From Candidatus Iainarchaeum sp. (GTDB taxonomy: Archaea; Iainarchaeota; Iainarchaeia; Iainarchaeales; CSSED10-239): a stretch of 32,000 bases of DNA. Each line of letters opens with the position of its first letter. Position 1 is the stretch's first letter. The translations under genes and the position numbers were made by a program. Location of the stretch: contig JBBISB010000002.1 of the NCBI GenBank assembly GCA_037441475.1, positions 60,001-92,000 on the forward strand, written 5' to 3'. This document shows positions 1 to 11,094 of this stretch, one piece after another. A model generated the notes under the pieces. The model was not told the origin of the DNA, ran no database searches, and saw only the letters and a list, made by a program, of their open reading frames with translations.

Positions 1-1620
<1,620 letters not shown>

Positions 1621-1986
1621 TAAGAATCATTTTTATTAACCAAATAAACTTGCTTTTTGTTATTATTAGGCATTATTTCCTACTTCTTTCATTCCGTTAA
1701 ATTTAGAAAGTATTAAACGGTCAAACTCACTTGGAAAAAACTCCTAGTGGGTAATATAATCTTTAGAAGAGGTAAGTTTTTAAAGGAATCGTTTTCTTCC
1801 TTAGAGATTCTTAGAAATTGAAAAAAATAAGGTTTTTTAAGACCTTAAAAGTAATTTAGAGTATTAAAAACCACTTAATTTTGCTAAAAAGCAATAAAGG
1901 AGCTTTTTATATAGTAATCAACATACAAAAAGACTTAGAAAAAATCCCTTAAAAATTAAGAAATGAAAAATGTTTTAATACATAAA

Positions 1987-2367
1987 CTATTTAGCAGAGA
2001 TAAGCTCGCATTTAGGAGTTACCTTAACAATATGCTTAACATTTTTTTTATAATAACTCTCACATTGGTTTATTAGATTGTTATCTATTATATCTCTTTT
2101 TGGTTTATTTATAATATCACAAGCCCAACCTTTAACTATCTCTTGGGAAAGGCAAGGACCATCTGTTAATATCTTACCTAAGGCAAGTTCTTTTTCACAC
2201 TCTTTAAGGCAAGAAGATATAGCGCTATCTTCATTACCAGCATAAGAAGAGGGTTTGTTTAAAATAAGGTTTAAGATACCAGCTATAAGTATAAGTAAAA
2301 AAACAATAATGTATACTGAAAATGGAATCTTTGCTTTAAAGAAATTTACTTTCAAAAATCTATTCAC
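1987..2367 (-). CDS. Small membrane-anchored protein with an extracytoplasmic cysteine-rich domain, unknown function
   Basis: 126 aa ORF; one N-terminal TM helix (VYIIVFLLILIAGILNLIL), then six cysteines. Confidence 0.65.
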   Translation of the reverse strand: MNRFLKVNFFKAKIPFSVYIIVFLLILIAGILNLILNKPSSYAGNEDSAISSCLKECEKELALGKILTDGPCLSQEIVKGWACDIINKPKRDIIDNNLINQCESYYKKNVKHIVKVTPKCELISAK

Positions 2368-2483
2368 CTTTATTAATATATATATATTTAAAAAAATGTA
2401 TATTACTTATAAATATATCTATTAATATATAAATATAATGTAAATATATATCTTTCTATTTTAAAAAAAATAAATGATTAACT

Positions 2484-3317
2484 ATGGAAAAAAGAAAACA
2501 TCACATTTTAGCAATAATTGGAATTTTGATATTATTTGCAAGCATATATATGTCGGCTGTTTTAAAAATACCTAGATTCTATGTTTTCTTCTGTATAGGG
2601 TACTTAATAATTATTGATTTCATAAACTATAAATTAAGAAATGAATCAGTCATTGATCTTTTATTTAAAAAATCAAAAATAAAAGCAACATATTTTTTTA
2701 TAATAGGGTCATTAATATCAGCAATAGTTGTAGACTACTTTTATGGTGTGCTTTTATTTGAAATATGGGCCTGGAATAACTATACTTTATTTAATTGGAT
2801 TATTCTTTATACTGTAATTAACTTTTGTTTTATACTTTTAGTGTATGGAGTATATAAAATATTTGAAAAATACATGGATAATACTAAATATAAAAACTAT
2901 AAACCTAATCATAAATTAAGAAATACTTTACAAATAACAGGATTTATTTTTTTATTAATACCTTTAATAAACTATATTATATTTGGACAAATAGGTACAA
3001 ACTATACAATGATATTCCCTTTCCTTTCAATATGGTTATTTTCAGATTCTCTTTTATTAGAGTACAAGAAACCAATCATTACAAGATTTATTAAATCAAA
3101 ACATATCGTATACACAATACTTTTAACCTCTTTATTTTTAGTAATAACACATGAGGTTGCTAATGTTTTTTCCTTTGAATGGATGTATACAAATATACCT
3201 TTCATGCACTATATGTTATATAATATACCTGTTTTAGTTTTCATAGGCTGGATACCTTTAATTCTTTTCTGTATATCTCTTGTTGAAACATACATTGAAA
3301 AAACTAAGAAGGTATAA
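2484..3317 (+). CDS. Multi-pass integral membrane protein, unknown function
   Basis: 277 aa ORF with about 7-8 hydrophobic segments, 40 bp upstream of ychF on the same strand. Confidence 0.75.
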   Translation: MEKRKHHILAIIGILILFASIYMSAVLKIPRFYVFFCIGYLIIIDFINYKLRNESVIDLLFKKSKIKATYFFIIGSLISAIVVDYFYGVLLFEIWAWNNYTLFNWIILYTVINFCFILLVYGVYKIFEKYMDNTKYKNYKPNHKLRNTLQITGFIFLLIPLINYIIFGQIGTNYTMIFPFLSIWLFSDSLLLEYKKPIITRFIKSKHIVYTILLTSLFLVITHEVANVFSFEWMYTNIPFMHYMLYNIPVLVFIGWIPLILFCISLVETYIEKTKKV

Positions 3318-3357
3318 AAATACTTGTTACATATAATATATAAGAAGTGAATTAATT

Positions 3358-4557
3358 ATGCTTATAGGTATTGTAGGAAAACCCAACGTTGGAAAAACAA
3401 CTTTTTTTAGAGCACTAACATTAATGGATGCTGAATCAGCTAACTATCCGTTTACAACCATTGAACCTAACAAAGGAGTTGGGTTTGTAAGAAACAACTG
3501 TATTGATGTTTTTTTTAATACTCAATGCAACCCAAGAACAGGGTACTGTAAGAAACATATTAGATATCTTCCAGTAGATGTTATTGATGTTGCAGGTTTA
3601 GTTCCAGGAGCTTCTGAAGGAAGAGGACTTGGAAATAAGTTTTTAACAGATTTAAATCAAGCAGATGCTTTGGTGCAGGTAATAGATGCTTCTGGATCAA
3701 CTGATGAAGAAGGAAAGACAGTTAAGGCAGGAACATATAACCCCTCCCTTGAGATTAAGTTTTTAGTTGAGGAAGTTGAAAAATGGTTGTTTGATATTTT
3801 TAAAAGAAACTTTATAAAGATTGGAACTGTGCAAAGAGTACAGAAGCTTAAGACATTAAGAGTTTTAGAGGAATACCTACATGCAACATTAGGTTCAAAG
3901 GAAGAAGAAATCTTTCAAGCACTTAAGAAATGTAGTTTAGTTGAAAAGAACATTGCTGATTGGACTGATGAGGAACTTCTTTTCTTTACAAAAGAGATTA
4001 GAAGACTTTCAAAACCAATAATTATTGCTGCAAATAAAATTGATCTTCCATTTGCAAAAGAAAATATTGAAAGAATGAAAGAAGAGTTTCCTGAACTTAC
4101 AATCATACCATGCTCTGCTGAATCAGAGTTTGCTTTAAAGGCAGCTGATAAAGCAAAGGTTATTAAGTATCTTCCTGGAGACTCAACCTTTAAGATATTG
4201 AAAGAAGACTTATCTGATAAACAAAAGCAAGCACTTGATTTTATTAAAAATAATATTTTAGATAAATATCAATCAACTGGGGTTCAGAAGATTTTAGATG
4301 TTGCTGTTTTTGATGTTTTAAAGTATATTGCTATTTACCCTGGAGGAACTAAGGGGTTAGGAGATAAAGAAGGAAACATCTTGCCTGATTGTTTCTTAAT
4401 GCCGCCTGGTTCAAAAGCCATTGATTTTGCTTTTAAATTACATACAGACTTTGGAAAAAACTTTATTAAAGCAATTGATGTTAAGACAAAGATGCTTCTT
4501 GGTAAAGATCATGCCCTTAAGAATGGAGACTGTATAGAGATTGTTTCTGGGAAATGA
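3358..4557 (+). CDS. ychF: YchF-type translation-associated GTPase/ATPase with C-terminal TGS domain
   Basis: GIVGKPNVGKTTFFRALT P-loop, DVAGLVPGASEGRGLGNKFL, C-terminal TGS region (LHTDFGKNFIKAIDVKTKMLLGKDHALKNGDCIEIVSG). Confidence 0.95.
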   Translation: MLIGIVGKPNVGKTTFFRALTLMDAESANYPFTTIEPNKGVGFVRNNCIDVFFNTQCNPRTGYCKKHIRYLPVDVIDVAGLVPGASEGRGLGNKFLTDLNQADALVQVIDASGSTDEEGKTVKAGTYNPSLEIKFLVEEVEKWLFDIFKRNFIKIGTVQRVQKLKTLRVLEEYLHATLGSKEEEIFQALKKCSLVEKNIADWTDEELLFFTKEIRRLSKPIIIAANKIDLPFAKENIERMKEEFPELTIIPCSAESEFALKAADKAKVIKYLPGDSTFKILKEDLSDKQKQALDFIKNNILDKYQSTGVQKILDVAVFDVLKYIAIYPGGTKGLGDKEGNILPDCFLMPPGSKAIDFAFKLHTDFGKNFIKAIDVKTKMLLGKDHALKNGDCIEIVSGK

Positions 4558-4564
4558 AAGGATT

Positions 4565-5068
4565 ATGAAAATAAAACTTTTAACAAAAATTACTTTAAAA
4601 GAAGATAAAGAACTTGAAATGCTTTATAAAAAGTATTTTAAAAAAGAAAAAGAAGAAACTAATCTAGATTTTAAAAAGATTAACTTGATTCTTAAAAAGT
4701 TTCCTAAGTCAGAAGCAATAGTTATTGATAAAAAAACTATTATTGGTGAAGTTACAACCATACCTACAAATAAAAAAATAATGAAAGAATTTTTAGAAAG
4801 TAAGATAACAGAACAAGAAATGATTGATAAATCTCTTGACAAAATATCACTTAAAAATTTTAATTCTCTTTACCTTTGCTACTTTATACTTGAAAAGAAA
4901 TATAGGGGAAAAGAAATAACTTCAAAAGCAATTGAGAAAATTATAGATTATTATATAAAAATAAATCCAAAAATTACTTTATTTGTTTGGCCTTTTTCAA
5001 AAGCAGGAGAAAAAGTGGCAATTAAAATATCAGAAAAATTTTATCTACCACTTATTATTAAAAAATAA
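4565..5068 (+). CDS. Probable GNAT-family N-acetyltransferase
   Basis: ORF opens at 4541 but the internal ATG at 4565 (MKIKLLTK) avoids overlap with ychF. LYLCYFILEKKYRGKEITSKAIEKIIDYY resembles the GNAT acetyl-CoA binding region. Confidence 0.6.
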   Translation: MKIKLLTKITLKEDKELEMLYKKYFKKEKEETNLDFKKINLILKKFPKSEAIVIDKKTIIGEVTTIPTNKKIMKEFLESKITEQEMIDKSLDKISLKNFNSLYLCYFILEKKYRGKEITSKAIEKIIDYYIKINPKITLFVWPFSKAGEKVAIKISEKFYLPLIIKK

Positions 5069-5070
5069 AA

Positions 5071-5766
5071 CTATTTTTTAGATTTTTTCTTAGCAGCGTT
5101 CTTTATATCCAACTGCTTATCAGCTTCAGAAACATTTAATTCTTTTTTAACAACAATTCTTCCAGTCTTTATAAAGTCCTTTATACTAGCAATACCGTAT
5201 CTTGTTATTATAAAAGAACCAGTGAAGAAAACACCGGCAAGCAAAGGATTAAAGCCTAGAAGTAAAGAGGCTACCCCACTTGAAGTTGCAACCTGGATAT
5301 CTGGTTTTGAAAATAATTCACCTAATTTTTCAAAGAAACGTATGTTCTTTCCTGTCTCAGGATTAATCTCAGCCATTAAATTTCCATTTTGGAAAATTCT
5401 TATCTGTCCATCCTCTTCAGAAGAGATGATTGCCATAACATCTTTTTCTTGAGATATACCTCTTGCTGCAGAATGTCTTGTTCCATGACCAAAAAGTATC
5501 TTTGTTCTTTTTATTTTAGCACCATAACAAACAACCTTACCATCATCATTAACTATTATAGCACCATCCATTTCTGAGAGGTATAAAAGTAAAGTTTGTG
5601 TTTCTTTATCTTTGATATTAAAGTCCTTGCCTTTAAAAAGATCAGGGTAAAGAATATCGTATTTTTTAGAAATATCATTTTTAGTTATTACAAAAAAAGA
5701 ACCTTTCTTTTTTTTTGCCATTTCATTTACTAGTATCATTACTTGAGAAATTGTGTTTTTATTCAT
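5071..5766 (-). CDS. Compact diadenylate cyclase (DisA_N/DAC domain) with C-terminal hydrophobic segment
   Basis: DAC signatures MDGAIIV and GTRHSAARGIS, then VMAIISSEEDGQIRIFQNG. Hydrophobic segment (VASLLLGFNPLLAGVFFTGSFII) and lysine-rich tail follow. Confidence 0.85.
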   Translation of the reverse strand: MNKNTISQVMILVNEMAKKKKGSFFVITKNDISKKYDILYPDLFKGKDFNIKDKETQTLLLYLSEMDGAIIVNDDGKVVCYGAKIKRTKILFGHGTRHSAARGISQEKDVMAIISSEEDGQIRIFQNGNLMAEINPETGKNIRFFEKLGELFSKPDIQVATSSGVASLLLGFNPLLAGVFFTGSFIITRYGIASIKDFIKTGRIVVKKELNVSEADKQLDIKNAAKKKSKK

Positions 5767-5822
5767 ATATATTCACCTTATCTGTCTTATAGATATCTAT
5801 ATAGATGAAACAATATTTAAAG

Positions 5823-7223
5823 CTAATTTTTTAAAATAGACTTAAGTAATAAGGAGAACTTTTTTTTATTTTTTTTAACAAATAAAACCTCTCCATCTTC
5901 TTTCTTAAGAGTTACTTTCTTTGATCTTACAATCTTTATCTTATCTCCGTTCTTTAAGATATGCCCTTTATTAGCTATTATCTTATCATTGACCTCAGCA
6001 TAGTCATAAAATTTAGCAAAATCAGTGTGAAGAATAAAAGCAAAGTCAAGAAGAGTGGATTTTTTTGGAATAACCATCTCTTGGTTTGTTTGGGTGTAGA
6101 CAACTATGTAGTCTATATAGGAGACATCTTTTGGTTTTGTAAGCATATTATTTTCTTTTAAGAAATTTATTAAACGAGAGTCCTTTTCTGAAAATTCAAT
6201 GTTTTTATAGTGGAAATGAGCAGAAACACCAAACTCAGCATTGTTATGCATATCAATGGTTCTTATCTGTATCTCAAAAGGATAACCATTAAGCATTATA
6301 TTAAGATGTATTGACTGATAACCATTTTCCTTAGGATACTTTATAAAATCTCTTATCTTTACATCCTTGTTTTCAATAACCTCAAAGTTATCTTTAATAG
6401 CTTGAAGAGCTTTATAACATTCCTTTCTTGAATTGTAGATAAGTCTTAAAGCATAGATATCAAGAACCTCTAAAAGATGATTCTTTTCTTTCCTTATAAA
6501 GATCTTTTGATAAAGACTGCCTGGGCTTTTGTATCTGTAATTGTAGGTTACTGGTTTATGTCCTTTATTTTTTAAAAAATTAATAACAGTTTCTTTTAAA
6601 GTATTTAATTTTTCTACAGGATATTTTTTAGTTACTTCTTTATAGGTTTTATTAAAACTTTCTTTATACTTTAAAGCCATTAATTTTTCTAAAAACTCCT
6701 CTTTGAAGTTTTGCATACCTAACTGGTAGGCTAAAGGAAAGATAGCTTGTTCAATAACATCTAAAAATCTTGTTTTAAATTTTTCATCTTTAATTTTAGG
6801 AAAATAATCTAAGATAACTAAAGCTTCACCAAAAAGAAGAATAACAGCCTCTATCTTAAAGAAAGATTGAACAATCATTTTTTTTATTTTCTTAGGAGGG
6901 ATATCATAGTTGTGTATTAAATCATAAAAGTTTATAAAATAATAATCTTTAGATATCTTTCTTATAATCTTAGGAAAACCTGCACTCTTAATGTTTATTT
7001 CATATTTATAAGGGTTGTAAAGAACAGCAGTGATTATTATGTTTTCATCATAAACATTTAGTTTTTTTGCAATAGCTAAAGAATACTCTATTAAAGGGAT
7101 GTTTTTGAAAACATACTCAGAAGAATAATTGTTTTTAGAGATAGAGTAGGCTTTCTTAATATTTGAAGTGTACTCTTTTATAAGAGATGAATATTCTTTT
7201 AAAAAACTTTTTTTAATAACCAT
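5823..7223 (-). CDS. RelA/SpoT-homolog (long RSH) with degenerate HD, (p)ppGpp synthetase domain and TGS; no ACT domain
   Basis: Synthetase motifs YRYKSPGSLYQKI, LDIYALRLIY, ENGYQSIHL, FEIQIRTIDMHNNAEFGVSAHFHYKN; TGS STLLDFAFILHTDF...NGDKIKIVRS. The HD motif position reads LYNP and the LADRLHN motif reads FGEALVI. Confidence 0.93.
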   Translation of the reverse strand: MVIKKSFLKEYSSLIKEYTSNIKKAYSISKNNYSSEYVFKNIPLIEYSLAIAKKLNVYDENIIITAVLYNPYKYEINIKSAGFPKIIRKISKDYYFINFYDLIHNYDIPPKKIKKMIVQSFFKIEAVILLFGEALVILDYFPKIKDEKFKTRFLDVIEQAIFPLAYQLGMQNFKEEFLEKLMALKYKESFNKTYKEVTKKYPVEKLNTLKETVINFLKNKGHKPVTYNYRYKSPGSLYQKIFIRKEKNHLLEVLDIYALRLIYNSRKECYKALQAIKDNFEVIENKDVKIRDFIKYPKENGYQSIHLNIMLNGYPFEIQIRTIDMHNNAEFGVSAHFHYKNIEFSEKDSRLINFLKENNMLTKPKDVSYIDYIVVYTQTNQEMVIPKKSTLLDFAFILHTDFAKFYDYAEVNDKIIANKGHILKNGDKIKIVRSKKVTLKKEDGEVLFVKKNKKKFSLLLKSILKN

Positions 7224-7240
7224 TTAATATCACTGTGTTT

Positions 7241-7300
7241 TTTTACCTTTCTGTAACGTTTTTTGTACTTTCGTATTATTTTTTGTCCTTTGGTATTATT
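7241..7300 (-). repeat. Three tandem imperfect 20-nt units upstream of the RSH gene
   Basis: Minus-strand units: aataataccaaaggacaaaa / aataatacgaaagtacaaaa / aacgttacagaaaggtaaaa. The first two differ at 2 of 20 positions. Confidence 0.6.
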
Positions 7301-7334
7301 TAATCTTCTTGTTTTTTTTATTTTTAAAAAAAAA

Positions 7335-10202
7335 CTATTCCACTAAGAAACCTATCTTACCAGGAGTTGCACTCTTTGCTTTTTCATTTAAAGACTCTTC
7401 TGCCTTAACTATTAAAACCTCAGTTTCAAAGGTATTAGAGATGAAATCCTTTATTGAGGTTAAAAAAACCATATCCTCCTCTTGAGATTTTATGTTTTCC
7501 TTTAAAAGAGGTTGCTTTATAAGCTTTGTAATGGTTTTAGAAACTTCTTCTTTTTCCTCAGAATACTTAGACATATATTTAGAAATCAGTTGTCCAACAT
7601 TTCTTGAAACATCTAAATCAACTAAAACTTCTTGATAAAATAAATATTTCCAAGATGCAGAAACAATTAAGGTTATTTTATTTATTTTCTCAAGACCTGA
7701 AAGCTTAATAACATTTCTTAAATCTGAAACCATCTTTTCAACATTCTTTTCCTTATCATCAAGAGAAAGATTTATCTTTTCAATATCAACTATAGGGAAG
7801 CTTTGTTTTGCTACAAGAGTATTTTCTAAAACTAAGCTGTTAAGCTCTTCTGCTACATGAGGAGTAAACAAACCCATTGTTAAGATCCATTTTTTAAGTA
7901 AAGAAAAAATTAATTTTTTATTGTTTCCACCTCTTCTTAAATACCATGAAAAGTCATTATGGAAATTAAAATAAACTTCATCAGTTGCAGCCTTAAACTC
8001 TATTTTTTCCATAGCCTCTATAACTGTTCTAAGTCTTAAGTTAAACTTAGATTCAAACCAGCGGTCAAGCTCAGTTTCATTTGCATCTTCCTTAAAATCA
8101 TTTGAAGAAATAATATTTTCTATAAAGGAAAAGATTCTTTCAAGTCTTTGCTTATATGTTTTTAAATCATCTTCCTCAAAGGAGATATCCACAAATGGAC
8201 TTGCTACATTTGCATAGAAAAGTCTAATTGCATCTATTGAGTATTTTTCGGCCTCAGAGCCAATTGAACCTACACCACCCTTTGATTTTGAAATTTTTCC
8301 AGAACTTGAAACAACCCACCAGTTAACAAAGATACCTTGTGGGTAATATTTTTTATCTAAGATACCTACATGGTTCATTAAAAAGGTAGGAAAATGAACT
8401 GTTTGGTGTTCCTTACCGCCTAAGTTAATATCTAAAGGATACCAGTAAGAGACATCTTTTTTAATTTCCTCAACTAAAAGTTTATCTAAAGAAGTTTCTT
8501 TTATAACATTCTCTAAAGAACCTTTGTTTAAGAAAATATAATCAAAGAACGCTTCTGTTAATTGTTCAGTTTTTATTTTACCTTGGTTTACATAAAGAGA
8601 AACAAGGTAATAGATAGGGTAAAGAGTACTATCTGAAATTGGTTCAACTGTGTAAGAGGAATCAAATGGAAGCTTTGTTCCAAGCCAGGTTCCTTGTCTT
8701 GCACATGCTCTATCATCAAACCAGTTTAGAATATTTGAAAGATTCTTTTTAAAAGAATCAGGCAAAATAAGCATGTTCTTTGTATACTCAATTGTTTTTT
8801 CTGTTAAATCCTTGTCTGAATATTTAATAAACCATTGTCCATCTATTCTTTTAATTACAACTGGAGAAGAGCATCTACAAAGAACCTCTTCTGATAAATC
8901 ATAGAAGATGAATGCATTTTTTTCTTCAAGCATCCTTTCTTTTATTTTTTCTTTTGCAATTTCAACTTTCATGCCCTTATATTCATTACAGGTTTCTGTC
9001 ATAACCCCTGTATGGTAACCTTTCTTGTAAACTTCTTTTTTAGCTTCCTCTAATTTTTCTGTATCCTTTTGAGAAGCAATCTTCATTCTCTCACAAATCT
9101 CAACTGCAGGAAAATCTCCAAAATCTTTTGATTTAATTATTGGTATTAACTTAATATTTTTAATAGTCTCATAATCAAGAGAGTATTTATCACACTCTTC
9201 CTTTGATCTTTGCAAGTCATAAAGACCCATCCAGTCAGCAGGCGCATCAGAAGGAACAGAGGTGACTATGCCTGTACCTATCTTAGGGTCACAAAAGGAA
9301 GATGGAAGAATAATTATTTTTCTATCTATAATTGGTGGTTTTACATATTTACCTAAAAGATCCTTACCTTTTATTTTTTCATCAAGAAGAGAAGTATTAT
9401 CTATTTGGTATTTTATTTTTTCATAAAAATCTTTTGATGCAATCCAGGTTTCATTTTCATACTTTATCTTAACATACTCTTCCTCTGCTGAAAGCCAGAT
9501 GTTTGTTTGACCGTAAACAGTCTCTGGTCTTAGGGTTGCAACTAAGATATATTGATTTTCTTTTTCAAAATTAAGTTTAATGATTGTAAACTCTTGTTTT
9601 TCTGCATTTCCACCTTTTGATAAATCCATCTCTGAAGGATCAACTGCAACTGGACCACACTTTACACAAGCTGTTGCAAAGTAAGGCTTTTGTACAAGTA
9701 AGTCTTTTTCTTTTAGTTTCTTAAACTGCCATTCTATAAACTTTTGATAATCAGGGTAGGTTGTAACTGTAAATCTTCTAAAGTCACCTAGAAAGCCATA
9801 GGAGTTATAATCTCTAACATACATTTCAGAAAAGAAATTAACAAAGCCATCTGGAGTGGATATTTTATTTAAGTTATCATTTGTTAAGCCTTTACTTTTG
9901 TAATAATCAACAGTCTCTTTATCATTCTCTTTTACTTTTTGTGCTTTAGAAACAGCTCCGTTTCCTGAAGCATGCCCTCCAGCAGCAAGTAAAACATTAA
10001 AACCATTCATTCTTTTAAACCTACAGATAGCATCAGCATAAGAGTATCCTCTCATATGCCCTACATGATGAAAGCCTGAGACAGTTAAGTAAGCCCATAT
10101 TAAAAAGAACTTTGGTTTAGTTTCATCTCTTGTAGCAGAGCCTATGTTTTCCTCTTGCCATTTATCTTGCCATTTTTTTTCAAAGTCTGTATAGTTGTAC
10201 AT
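7335..10202 (-). CDS. leuS: Leucyl-tRNA synthetase, archaeal/eukaryal type
   Basis: HVGHMRGY (HIGH), VATLRPETVYGQTNIW editing region, KISKSKGG (KMSKS); 955 aa, archaeal LeuRS-like layout. Confidence 0.95.
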   Translation of the reverse strand: MYNYTDFEKKWQDKWQEENIGSATRDETKPKFFLIWAYLTVSGFHHVGHMRGYSYADAICRFKRMNGFNVLLAAGGHASGNGAVSKAQKVKENDKETVDYYKSKGLTNDNLNKISTPDGFVNFFSEMYVRDYNSYGFLGDFRRFTVTTYPDYQKFIEWQFKKLKEKDLLVQKPYFATACVKCGPVAVDPSEMDLSKGGNAEKQEFTIIKLNFEKENQYILVATLRPETVYGQTNIWLSAEEEYVKIKYENETWIASKDFYEKIKYQIDNTSLLDEKIKGKDLLGKYVKPPIIDRKIIILPSSFCDPKIGTGIVTSVPSDAPADWMGLYDLQRSKEECDKYSLDYETIKNIKLIPIIKSKDFGDFPAVEICERMKIASQKDTEKLEEAKKEVYKKGYHTGVMTETCNEYKGMKVEIAKEKIKERMLEEKNAFIFYDLSEEVLCRCSSPVVIKRIDGQWFIKYSDKDLTEKTIEYTKNMLILPDSFKKNLSNILNWFDDRACARQGTWLGTKLPFDSSYTVEPISDSTLYPIYYLVSLYVNQGKIKTEQLTEAFFDYIFLNKGSLENVIKETSLDKLLVEEIKKDVSYWYPLDINLGGKEHQTVHFPTFLMNHVGILDKKYYPQGIFVNWWVVSSSGKISKSKGGVGSIGSEAEKYSIDAIRLFYANVASPFVDISFEEDDLKTYKQRLERIFSFIENIISSNDFKEDANETELDRWFESKFNLRLRTVIEAMEKIEFKAATDEVYFNFHNDFSWYLRRGGNNKKLIFSLLKKWILTMGLFTPHVAEELNSLVLENTLVAKQSFPIVDIEKINLSLDDKEKNVEKMVSDLRNVIKLSGLEKINKITLIVSASWKYLFYQEVLVDLDVSRNVGQLISKYMSKYSEEKEEVSKTITKLIKQPLLKENIKSQEEDMVFLTSIKDFISNTFETEVLIVKAEESLNEKAKSATPGKIGFLVE

Positions 10203-10278
10203 ATTTTATCTTTTTCTATTATATTTTAGTATATAATATAAGTATAGAAACGTTTATAAAAACTCAAGAAAAACAAAA

Positions 10279-11094
10279 CTACTTAACTCTTTCAACAAAA
10301 AGATAAACATCAGGAAGATCAGGGGTTCTTTTCTTATACTCTAAAGGAAGATATGAAAAATCTGCTCTAAAACCTCTTTTTTCAAGACCACTAATAACTT
10401 GTGATCTATGCTCTTTACCCATACTTGTCTTTAATAGAAAAGTATTGAAACTAAAGATAGCAAGACCACCTTTGTTTAAGGAATAAAGATACTTAAGTAA
10501 AACCTCTCTTTGTAAAGAGGTCTGTGTGTAATGAAAACCACCATAAACAGAAAGAATTAAATCATATTTTCTTTCTGGCATGAAATTTAAGACATTACCT
10601 ATTTTCTTAAAATCAATATTTTTTGCAACCACACTTCTAGTTAAAGAAACTGCTGTTGTTTTTAGATCAGCAGAAACTAATTTTCTTTCTTTTAAAGAAT
10701 TCCATTTTTCTTTAAGTTCTGATAAAAAAGTGCCTTTTCCAGCACCATCATCTAAAACATTTATTTCTTTTTTTTTATATTTTCTTTCAAAAGCACTTAA
10801 AGTAGATATAATATCTCTTTTAAAAACAGAGCTATTTTCTAATATACTACTGGTTATTATTTTTTTAAAAATAAAATTATAATCATCATATTTTCTATTT
10901 AAGATGTATCTTCCAGACTTATCACTTTCTTTTAATTTCTTTTCAGAAACTTTTAATCTTGCTAGAATATCTTTATCTTTTAGTTTTTTAAAAATTAGAT
11001 CTTTTTGTAAAGACACCATACCATTTGCTTTTTCTTTAAGAGAAACCGGTTTCTTTGAAAATTTAGTTAATTTAGAAGGAGTTTTTTTAACCAT
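10279..11094 (-). CDS. Class I SAM-dependent methyltransferase (paralog A)
   Basis: Motif I VLDDGAGKGTFLSEL; YDLILSVYGGFHYT; C-terminal GLAIFSFNTFL. Clear paralog of the next upstream ORF. Confidence 0.75.
   Translation of the reverse strand: MVKKTPSKLTKFSKKPVSLKEKANGMVSLQKDLIFKKLKDKDILARLKVSEKKLKESDKSGRYILNRKYDDYNFIFKKIITSSILENSSVFKRDIISTLSAFERKYKKKEINVLDDGAGKGTFLSELKEKWNSLKERKLVSADLKTTAVSLTRSVVAKNIDFKKIGNVLNFMPERKYDLILSVYGGFHYTQTSLQREVLLKYLYSLNKGGLAIFSFNTFLLKTSMGKEHRSQVISGLEKRGFRADFSYLPLEYKKRTPDLPDVYLFVERVK

Noticed and set aside
2395-2480. Dense tatata/aatata tract as a possible replication origin or repeat element
   Set aside because: Short, irregular AT-rich sequence between divergent genes. 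It is more simply explained as divergent promoters in an AT-rich genome, and no replication initiator gene is nearby.
3002-6161. Small overlapping antisense ORFs (3002-3205, 3915-4106, 4624-4842, 5222-5452, 5389-5577, 5961-6161)
   Set aside because: Each lies opposite a well-supported CDS and has no recognisable domain or independent start context.
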